IMG/VR virus record: IMGVR_UViG_2634166457_000023
Location: 1-12,765 of that record
Reading direction: 5' to 3' (one strand)
Length of the DNA stretch: 12,765 nucleotides
From: a virus
Lineage: Duplodnaviria; Heunggongvirae; Uroviricota; Caudoviricetes
In this document: in pieces, positions 7,138 to 12,765 of the stretch
How the letters are laid out: every line of letters begins with the position of its first letter
Position numbering within the stretch: position 1 is the stretch's first letter
Position numbers and translations under genes: made by a program
The notes under the pieces: generated by a model
Seen by the model: the letters and a program-made list of their open reading frames with translations, nothing else
Database searches by the model: none
Told to the model about the DNA's origin: nothing

Positions 7138-7220
7138 ATTATCTTTAGTAATCACTAAACAAGCAAATACTTGACTTAATGGTTTATTAAACACTAAACT
7201 CGCAAAAAAACACTAAACCG
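7138..7220. promoter_or_regulatory. OR-like region with back-to-back divergent promoters (PRM-like leftward, PR-like rightward) and three ACTAAA operator half-site positions
   Basis: Palindrome TTTAGTaatcACTAAA at 7144-7159 sits in the spacer of the PRM-like promoter (-35 TTGCTT as plus 7161-7166, -10 GATAAT as plus 7138-7143). PR-like -35 TTGACT at 7171-7176 with -10 near 7194-7200. ACTAAA recurs at 7193-7198 and 7212-7217. Confidence 0.55.
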
Positions 7221-7228
7221 AGGAAGGT

Positions 7229-7531
7229 ATGACATTAAAAGAGTTTATTAAATCATTGAGGGTTGGTGATGCTAAGAAATTCGCGGCCAGACTAGGTGTA
7301 TCGCCATCTTACTTATCGCAAATGGCGTCTGGACGAGCAGCTATATCTCCAACCCGCGCCCTTATGATCGAATCTGCGACGGAAGGCCAAGTAAGTAGGG
7401 CGGAGCTACGACCCCATGATTGGGAGCTTATTTGGCCTGAGTATGCGAGCGGCATTCGTTTGGGGCAAACGCATGTAGTTCATGCTGAAGGTGATTGTAG
7501 AGCATGCTTATCTGATGGAGTTGATTCATGA
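7229..7531 (+). CDS. ydaS: Cro-like HTH protein, YdaS family (100 aa)
   Basis: GAGGAAGG RBS. HTH AKKFAARLGVSPSYLSQMASG and ELRPHDWELIWPE motif typical of YdaS-type proteins. First gene of the rightward operon. Confidence 0.75.
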   Translation: MTLKEFIKSLRVGDAKKFAARLGVSPSYLSQMASGRAAISPTRALMIESATEGQVSRAELRPHDWELIWPEYASGIRLGQTHVVHAEGDCRACLSDGVDS

Positions 7532-7953
7532 AAATCAAGCATGAACACATCCGCATGGCGATGAATGCCTGGGCGCATCCTGATGGCGAAAAAGTACCGG
7601 CTGCGAAAATTACCAAAGCGTATTTCGAACTGGGAATGACGTTCCCGGAACTGTATGACGACAGCCATCCCGAAGCCCTGGCTCGCAATACCCAGAAAAT
7701 TTTCCGCTGGGTAGAGAAAGATACCCCTGATGCTGTTGAAAAAATTCAGGCGTTGTTACCTGCGATCGAAAAGGCAATGCCGCCTCTGCTGGTGGCCCGA
7801 ATGCGCAGTCACAGTTCAGCCTATTTTCGGGAACTGCTGGAGACGCGGGAGCGGCTGGTGAGGGATGCAGATGATTTTATTGCGGTGGCAATTACTGGTT
7901 TCAACCAGATTAATCGCGGTGGCCCGGCAGGAAATGCCGTGGTGATGCACTAA
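7528..7953 (+). CDS. ydaT: YdaT-family protein (141 aa), CII-like position
   Basis: ATGA overlap with the ydaS-like stop. Size and position match Rac YdaT. Family assignment is from memory. Confidence 0.7.
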   Translation: MKIKHEHIRMAMNAWAHPDGEKVPAAKITKAYFELGMTFPELYDDSHPEALARNTQKIFRWVEKDTPDAVEKIQALLPAIEKAMPPLLVARMRSHSSAYFRELLETRERLVRDADDFIAVAITGFNQINRGGPAGNAVVMH

Positions 7954-7976
7954 AAGCACGGTGTTCGGGGTTTTTT

Positions 7977-8909
7977 ATGAGCAGCAAGCTTCATGGTCTT
8001 GTCTGGGAAGGGTGCGCCTTCACCGGCATGATCTTATCCAGGGTGGCAGTGATGGCTCGTCTTGCAGACTACAGCAATGATGAAGGTGTGTCATGGCCTG
8101 CAGTAGAGACCATTCGTCGTCAGATTGGGGCAAAGAGTGAATCAACGGTTAAAGCGGCGATAGCGGAACTGGAAAAGAGCGGCTGGCTGACAAAGGAAGA
8201 GCGTAAGGTTGGTGGACGTAACGTAAGCAATATCTACCGGCTTAATGTGGAAAAACTCGAAGCTGCAGCAGCGGCAGCGCGAGAGGCATATAAACCGAAA
8301 AGAAAAATTAGCCCGGCAAAAAATGACCCGTTAACGGTTGACCCGTCAAATTTTGATGGATCAACCGTTGATAAAAAACGGTCGGTTAGGGGGGCGATGA
8401 TTGACCCCGATCCGTCAGTATTAAAATCTGATCCGTCAGATAAAAGATCTTCTTGTCCGGACGCTTCGCAACCGGACCCGCAGACGGCTGAACAGGATTT
8501 TTTAACCCGACACCCTGACGCGGTTGTGTTCAGTGCGAAAAAACGCCAGTGGGGAAGTCAGGAAGATTTGGCGTGCGCACAGTGGATCTGGGGACGAATC
8601 GTGAGTCTTTACGAGCAGGCAGCCAGCGATGATGGCGAGATCACTCGACCGAAAGAACCAAACTGGACCGCGTGGGCCAATGACGTGCGCACAATGCGGA
8701 TGCTGGATGGCAGAACTCACAGACAAATTTGCGAAATGTTTGGGCGGGTACAGCGGGATCCATTCTGGGTAAAAAACATCATGAGCCCGTCAAAGCTCCG
8801 CGAAAAATGGGACGAACTGGTCATCCGCCTGGGGCGTTCGCCTGTACAGCGTTGTGTGAATCACATTTCTGAACCGGACACCGAAATTCCACCGGGCTTC
8901 AGGGGGTAA
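7977..8909 (+). CDS. Phage replication initiation protein (310 aa): N-terminal HTH, repeat-rich middle, C-terminal DnaT-like region
   Basis: N-terminal VSWPAVETIRRQIGAKSESTVKAAIAELEKSGWL is typical of phage replication-initiator HTH domains. The middle encodes DP/DPS peptide repeats over DNA iterons. Lies in the lambda O position. Confidence 0.7.
   Translation: MSSKLHGLVWEGCAFTGMILSRVAVMARLADYSNDEGVSWPAVETIRRQIGAKSESTVKAAIAELEKSGWLTKEERKVGGRNVSNIYRLNVEKLEAAAAAAREAYKPKRKISPAKNDPLTVDPSNFDGSTVDKKRSVRGAMIDPDPSVLKSDPSDKRSSCPDASQPDPQTAEQDFLTRHPDAVVFSAKKRQWGSQEDLACAQWIWGRIVSLYEQAASDDGEITRPKEPNWTAWANDVRTMRMLDGRTHRQICEMFGRVQRDPFWVKNIMSPSKLREKWDELVIRLGRSPVQRCVNHISEPDTEIPPGFRG
8325..8442. repeat. Iteron-like repeats and palindromes inside the replication gene (putative origin of replication)
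   Basis: Four copies of GAYCCGTYAR (8325-8337, 8340-8350, 8409-8420, 8430-8440). Palindromes CCGTTAACGG, TTGACCCGTCAA and ATCTGATCCGTCAGAT. A-rich tract just upstream at 8291-8324. Confidence 0.4.
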
Positions 8910-8949
8910 GTGTTTATTTCAGGTCATGAGGTAATTTTCAGGAGGACTT

Positions 8950-9369
8950 GTGGCAAAAGTTTTTACACAAGAAGAGCGGGAAAAAATTAAAGGGCAGGTT
9001 GTTGAACTCGTACGCCAGAGTGGGCGCGAGACGTTACGACAACTGGAAGCTAAAACCGGGGCAACAAGATATCTGATGAGCGTTCTGGCCAGAGAACTGG
9101 TTGCCAGTGGCGATGTATACAACTCCGGCTACGGGTTATTCCCGTCTGAACAGGCTCGTAAGGACTGGCAAAACGCCCGCAAAAAACTCTCGAGGGCAAA
9201 GCTGAAGAAACCATCTGTGGTTGATCCGGACCTTATCTGGTCATTACCAGACGGAGAGATACGTCGCTATGACAGACGTCTGAACATAATCTGTCGCGAG
9301 TGCCGGAAGAGTGAGGTTATGCAGCGAGTTTTGGTGTTTTACAGGGGTAATAACGGATCAACGATATGA
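8950..9369 (+). CDS. Hypothetical protein (139 aa), possible winged-helix N-terminus
   Basis: GTG start at 8950 with GGAGG 4 nt upstream. The stop overlaps the next start (ATGA). No family recognised. Confidence 0.55.
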   Translation: MAKVFTQEEREKIKGQVVELVRQSGRETLRQLEAKTGATRYLMSVLARELVASGDVYNSGYGLFPSEQARKDWQNARKKLSRAKLKKPSVVDPDLIWSLPDGEIRRYDRRLNIICRECRKSEVMQRVLVFYRGNNGSTI

Positions 9370-9659
9370 GGGTTTATATTGCAGGGCTGATGACCGGGTA
9401 TAAAAATTTCAACCGTGAGGCATTTCACAAGGCGGAAGAGGAGCTGAAGCGGGAAGGGTATACAGTCTTAAACCCGGCAGTACTTCCGGACGGGCTGACA
9501 CAGCCACACTACATGGATATCTGCATGGCAATGATTCGTTGTGTGGATGCGATTTACATGCTGAAAGGTTGGCAGCGGTCAGCAGGCGCTAAGGCAGAGC
9601 TGGCACTGGCGGAGAAGCTGGGGCATGCAGTTATTTTTCAGGAGGTAATCAGTGAGTGA
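9366..9659 (+). CDS. DUF4406-family protein (97 aa), nucleoside 2-deoxyribosyltransferase-like fold
   Basis: MRVYIAGLMTGYKNFNREAFHKAEEELKREGYTVLNPA...DAIYMLKGWQRSAGAKAELALAEKLG matches the DUF4406 pattern from memory. Confidence 0.75.
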   Translation: MRVYIAGLMTGYKNFNREAFHKAEEELKREGYTVLNPAVLPDGLTQPHYMDICMAMIRCVDAIYMLKGWQRSAGAKAELALAEKLGHAVIFQEVISE

Positions 9660-10069
9660 AATTAATTACCAGGCACTGCGTGTTGCAGGCATTTGCATCA
9701 AAGGAGAGTGACGTGGAAATAAAACCAGAAGATGAGTTAAGTAATATTGTTTTATTTCCTGTAAAAGAGGATGACCCGCGTAATCAGGTTAATTTTCTTT
9801 ATGAGCCATCGGAAAGACCATATTGCCATCACGCTTCTGTCCGGGTTGATGAAAAAGAGCGTCAGGTCCGATGCAAAATCTGCGGTGCGGTTGTGGAGCC
9901 ATTTGACTGGATGCTCTCTGTGGCGAAAAGAGAAACCAGACTGGCAGATGATGTAAGGCTCTTGCGCCAGGAGGAACGGGAAAGGCGGAAAAATATAGAA
10001 AAGTTAATTCAGATTGAGCGTAACGCGAAAGCGCGGATACGCAGGGCGACAAAATCCAGAACTGAATAA
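9656..10069 (+). CDS. Hypothetical Cys/His-containing protein with basic coiled-coil C-terminus (137 aa from GTG 9656; 118 aa if from GTG 9713)
   Basis: CHH...CKIC motif then a Arg/Glu-rich helical tail. GTG 9656 overlaps the upstream stop (GTGA), with GGAGG 10 nt upstream. Alternative GTG 9713 has AAGGAG at 6 nt. Confidence 0.55.
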   Translation: MKLITRHCVLQAFASKESDVEIKPEDELSNIVLFPVKEDDPRNQVNFLYEPSERPYCHHASVRVDEKERQVRCKICGAVVEPFDWMLSVAKRETRLADDVRLLRQEERERRKNIEKLIQIERNAKARIRRATKSRTE

Positions 10070-10161
10070 TTAAATTTAGTAGTGTTAAAAATTTAATCCT
10101 TAACCGGAGGGATTTCTGTACCCTCAGAACATCAGGAGGCAGCCCGAAAGGGCGGTAAGAA

Positions 10162-10380
10162 ATGGCTACATTATTCAGAAAAGAATATCTGCGAAGAAGC
10201 AGGGCTATAGAACTCTTGTTTCTCATTCTGTTTATCGTGTTGATGATACCGATATCCCCGTTAATTCTGGTATGGGGAATTGGGAAAATAATTGAGCCAG
10301 TTATTGAATTGTATACCGACGTTGTATGGGCGTCGTTCAACACACTGCACAACAAAATCAACCCATATAAGGAAAGCTGA
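10162..10380 (+). CDS. Small membrane protein (72 aa), one predicted transmembrane helix
   Basis: Hydrophobic stretch LLFLILFIVLMIPISPLILVWGIG. The next gene starts 1 nt after its stop. RBS region is structured (see hairpin finding). Confidence 0.5.
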   Translation: MATLFRKEYLRRSRAIELLFLILFIVLMIPISPLILVWGIGKIIEPVIELYTDVVWASFNTLHNKINPYKES

Positions 10381-10381
10381 T

Positions 10382-10747
10382 ATGGCACTGACGAAAAAAC
10401 AACGCGCAGAACTGCGCATGAAGTTCGGTGGTCGCTGCGCTTATTGCGGCTGCGAACTTGGCGAAAAGTGGCATGCAGACCATGTCAAACCGGTCATTCG
10501 TTTTGATGGAAATATGCTTCACCAGGAACGTGACGATATATCCAACATGGTTCCGGCATGCCACCCATGCAATCTGCACAAGCATTGCAGTAGCCTGGAA
10601 GATTATCGGCGAATTATCAGTGATGGTCGTCGTGAATTCCTTGCGTCCGGGAAAGGCAAAGCGCTGGTTCGTATGGGATTGGTTGAAATGAAATCTGACC
10701 CGGTTGTGTTCTGGTTTGAAAAATATCAAGAAGGGGCTACAGCATGA
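10382..10747 (+). CDS. HNH endonuclease (121 aa)
   Basis: [20 protein letters not shown] ... [10 protein letters not shown]: Cys pairs around an H-N-H core. AAGGAAA RBS. The track start at 10292 is rejected as a non-coding extension. Confidence 0.8.
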   Translation: MALTKKQRAELRMKFGGRCAYCGCELGEKWHADHVKPVIRFDGNMLHQERDDISNMVPACHPCNLHKHCSSLEDYRRIISDGRREFLASGKGKALVRMGLVEMKSDPVVFWFEKYQEGATA

Positions 10748-11091
10748 CCACTTTTACCAGAGAGCAGTTAATAGCTCACGCAGAGGAGACTATTGAAGCA
10801 CAGAGACTGTGCATACCGGGCACAATCGACCATGACATCATCCGCACATATAAGATGGATATTGCTGTTCTGGAAATCGCACTGGCATCGCTGGCAGCAG
10901 AGCCAGCCGGTAAATTGCATGAATACAAACCAGTGGGATATCAGCGTCTGGTCGATGAGTTAACCATGCTGGTAAAGCAGTTAACCTGGCAACTGAGGAA
11001 AGCGAAGTCAGACTGCAAATTACCGGATAAGGCGATGAGTTATCTGGAGCGGAACGGACTGATAAGCGTGGAAGATGATATTTTACGATGA
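10744..11091 (+). CDS. Hypothetical phage protein (115 aa)
   Basis: ATGA overlap with the HNH stop. Protein-like composition with no family recognised. Confidence 0.55.
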   Translation: MTTFTREQLIAHAEETIEAQRLCIPGTIDHDIIRTYKMDIAVLEIALASLAAEPAGKLHEYKPVGYQRLVDELTMLVKQLTWQLRKAKSDCKLPDKAMSYLERNGLISVEDDILR

Positions 11092-11171
11092 CCTGGCCTG
11101 AGGCATTCACAACGGTAGGAATTGCAATGGCGGTGGCGCTGGTGGTGTATTCGATTTGCCGCTGGGGATAA
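11088..11171 (+). CDS. Possible tiny hydrophobic peptide (27 aa)
   Basis: [31 protein letters not shown] overlap with the upstream stop. Ends just before a terminator-like hairpin. Below normal gene-calling thresholds. Confidence 0.3.
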   Translation: MTWPEAFTTVGIAMAVALVVYSICRWG

Positions 11172-11181
11172 ATCGCCGAAA

Positions 11182-11215
11182 AAAGATCCCGACACAAACA
11201 TGAGCCGGGATCTTT
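11182..11215. terminator. Bidirectional terminator-like hairpin between convergent transcription units
   Basis: 10-bp perfect inverted repeat AAAGATCCCG / CGGGATCTTT with a 14-nt loop. T/A-rich flanks give a U-run on either strand. Lies between the rightward operon end (11171) and the convergent ParE gene end (11296). Confidence 0.45.
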
Positions 11216-11295
11216 GATTTATATAGCCTACGAATCCGCCAGTAAGAGAGGGGGCGGACGGTTTATTCTAACACCGGAATGATGTGGGTAAAAGT

Positions 11296-11595
11296 TTATA
11301 AGAAATCGGTTTCATAACTTTGCCCACCATGATAGATACCGACAATAAAGACTTTTCTGCCATCAACGGCAAAAGCAATAATCGTTCTGTGGCGGAAATG
11401 AGTTACCCGCATCCCCTGGCGAATATCATCGCGTTTATTGCCCCGATGCGGGAATGTAGAAAACCCATCAAGATAATCAAGAAGCGCATTGGCATAATTG
11501 TCAGCAATGACGTTCCCTGCTTTCTCCGTTATATATCTGTGCAGGTTGATTATTTGTTGTTCGGCCTCAGGAGTAATGATGACTTCATATGTCAT
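11296..11595 (-). CDS. parE: ParE/RelE-family toxin (99 aa)
   Basis: Size, composition and position (start 5 nt after the stop of a ribbon-helix-helix antitoxin) are typical of ParE. C-terminal RKVFIVGIYHGGQ-type strand motif. Confidence 0.8.
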   Translation of the reverse strand: MTYEVIITPEAEQQIINLHRYITEKAGNVIADNYANALLDYLDGFSTFPHRGNKRDDIRQGMRVTHFRHRTIIAFAVDGRKVFIVGIYHGGQSYETDFL

Positions 11596-11600
11596 GCAGA

Positions 11601-11858
11601 TTACTTCCCGGATCGAATCGCGGCGCGAACCTGTGAAATGGAGCGTCCGTTGTTTGGATTTTCACGGATAGAATCAAGAGAGGGGGCGGCTGAATGCGTT
11701 AACCACGCTTCGATTGCTTTATCGCGCTCATTCAGTGCGCGAAGCCCTTCACGAATGACCTCGCTTTCTGAAGCATAGGCACCGGAAGCCACACGGGCGC
11801 GCACCATGTCAGCCATCTCGTTAGTTAATGTAATGCTGAATTGTTGGGTTGTACGCAT
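11601..11858 (-). CDS. parD: ParD-family antitoxin, ribbon-helix-helix (85 aa)
   Basis: FSITLTNEMADMVRARVASGAYASESEVIREGLRAL is a classic ParD/RHH signature. ATG at 11858 with GTGAGG RBS. The track start at 11921 is rejected. Confidence 0.8.
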   Translation of the reverse strand: MRTTQQFSITLTNEMADMVRARVASGAYASESEVIREGLRALNERDKAIEAWLTHSAAPSLDSIRENPNNGRSISQVRAAIRSGK

Positions 11859-11886
11859 GGTAAACCTCACGGAGTAGGATAGAACA

Positions 11887-11924
11887 CTATTCGATGATAG
11901 CACGCTGCCTGTTGACGACAACAG
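11887..11924 (-). promoter_or_regulatory. Putative parDE promoter with palindromic operator
   Basis: Minus-strand -35 TTGTCG (plus 11916-11921), 16-nt spacer, -10 TATCAT (plus 11894-11899). The 16-bp palindrome CTGTTGacgaCAACAG (11909-11924) overlaps the -35. Confidence 0.4.
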
Positions 11925-11993
11925 AAATCAGAGACAATATTGCCGCACGCCAGCCTGAACAACTGGCACCTGCTGCGCCAGCAGAGAAAACAG

Positions 11994-12272
11994 ATGGCGC
12001 ACAAGACCAAATTACACAATTCTGATAATTCAGCCGCCTTTGCCAGCAGGCACGGGCGGCGTTCTCATGCATTCAAATATGACTGGTACCAGCATGACCC
12101 ATGCACTGAAGAACAGGCAGAGTGGCTGATTCAGAACTACCGCAGACGTGGTTACGAGTTTCAGAAAGACCTCAGTCTTGACTTCCGACACTGGATAATT
12201 TCAGTCAGGCTCCCTTATTCCGAACGCCCACCGCGTCCGTCCCGCACATTCCAGCAACGGATCTGGAGGTAA
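11994..12272 (+). CDS. Hypothetical protein (92 aa from ATG 11994)
   Basis: ORF with a weak RBS. The track start at 11940 is a TTG. Its stop is followed by GGAGG and the next ORF start. No family recognised. Confidence 0.4.
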   Translation: MAHKTKLHNSDNSAAFASRHGRRSHAFKYDWYQHDPCTEEQAEWLIQNYRRRGYEFQKDLSLDFRHWIISVRLPYSERPPRPSRTFQQRIWR

Positions 12273-12273
12273 C

Positions 12274-12765
12274 GTGCGGGTATTGCTTCGACCTGTTCTG
12301 GTACCGGAACTCGGGCTGGTGGTCCTTAAGCCGGGCCGTGAGTCCATGCAGGTATTTCATAATCACCGGGTGCTGGTGGAGTCAGAACCGAAAAGCATGC
12401 TCGGTCTGCCGTCCGGAGTCGTCCCTGCCGTTCGCCAGCCGCTGGCGGAGGATAAATCATTACTGCCATTTTTCAGCAATGAGCGTGTGATTCGTGCTGC
12501 TGGCGGCGCTGGCGCACTGTCTGACTGGCTCTTGCGTCATGTTAAATCCTGCCAGTGGCCTCATGGTGATTATCACCACAGCGAAACCGTCATACATCGT
12601 TACGGTACCGGCGCGATGGTGTTGTGCTGGCACTGCGACAACCAGCTGCGTGACCAGACATCCGAATCACTCGGGCAACTTGCTCATCAAAACCTGTCAG
12701 CATGGATGATTGACGTCATACGCTATGCAATGAATGGCACACAGGAGCGTGAATTATCGCTGGCT
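12274..12765 (+). CDS. Hypothetical Cys/His-rich phage protein, 3'-truncated by the window edge (possibly DUF968-like)
   Basis: Frame open from GTG 12274 (GGAGG 4 nt upstream) to the window end. Alternative ATG at 12346. Motifs CQWPHGDYHH and CWHCDNQ suggest metal binding. Family guess is low confidence. Confidence 0.5.
   Translation, partial: MRVLLRPVLVPELGLVVLKPGRESMQVFHNHRVLVESEPKSMLGLPSGVVPAVRQPLAEDKSLLPFFSNERVIRAAGGAGALSDWLLRHVKSCQWPHGDYHHSETVIHRYGTGAMVLCWHCDNQLRDQTSESLGQLAHQNLSAWMIDVIRYAMNGTQERELSLA

Larger units (their letters stand above)
1..12765. mobile_element. Lambdoid (Qin/Rac-like) prophage, early region from int to the nin-like region; attachment site lies outside the window
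   Basis: Lambda-like gene order: int-xis-exo, leftward early operon, repressor, divergent cro/cII-like genes, replication gene, cargo genes. Dense translational coupling with ATGA/GTGA start-stop overlaps. Confidence 0.85.

Noticed and set aside
7132-7194. Extended repressor start at GTG 7194 (144 aa)
   Set aside because: The extra 21 residues are encoded by the operator/promoter repeats themselves. The ATG at 7131 directly follows a -10-like GATAAT, consistent with a leaderless start.
7428-7688. Two minus-strand ORFs (86 and 62 aa)
   Set aside because: Antisense to the YdaS-like and YdaT-like genes, with no RBS.
9789-10388. Minus-strand 199-aa ORF
   Set aside because: Antisense across the Cys/His protein and membrane protein genes. 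Leu/Ser/Arg-rich low-complexity translation and no start context; long but most likely spurious.
10358-11197. ORFs 10358-10729 (-), 10428-10691 (+) and 10838-11197 (-)
   Set aside because: Shadow ORFs inside or antisense to the HNH gene and the 115-aa gene.
11320-12072. Plus-strand 152-aa ORF (11320-11778) and minus-strand 61-aa ORF (11887-12072)
   Set aside because: The first is antisense to the clearly recognisable ParD/ParE pair. The second overlaps the parDE promoter and the start of the 92-aa gene.
1-12765. Looked for CRISPR arrays, tRNA or rRNA genes, and IS elements or terminal inverted repeats
   Set aside because: No regularly spaced direct repeats of 25-40 bp, no tRNA-like cloverleaf candidate, and no transposase-like ORF were seen. 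The repeats present are operator or iteron scale.

Overview
This window reads as the early (integration, immunity, replication and nin-like) arm of a lambdoid prophage of the Qin/Rac type, most likely from Escherichia coli or a close relative. All family names below are my own reading of the translated ORFs and motifs; no database search was run. On the minus strand, running leftward from a PL-like promoter: three small YdfA/YdfB/YdfC-like genes, an AT-rich two-gene cassette, the DicF sRNA, DicB, a YdfD-like small membrane protein, a RecE-like exonuclease with a DnaQ-type C-terminal domain, Xis and a lambda-family integrase. The immunity region is a CI/DicA-like repressor co-transcribed with a small antitoxin and a ParE-family toxin, flanked by two operator/promoter regions sharing ACTAAA half-sites. 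On the plus strand: Cro-like (YdaS-type), CII-like (YdaT-type), a replication initiator with internal iteron-like repeats, then cargo genes (DUF4406-like, Cys/His protein, small membrane protein, HNH endonuclease), a second oppositely oriented ParD/ParE pair, and a truncated Cys/His-rich ORF at the window edge. No tRNA, rRNA, CRISPR array or IS element was recognised. Most modules look like known prophage furniture; the least explained element is the AT-rich convergent gene pair at 4847-5420.
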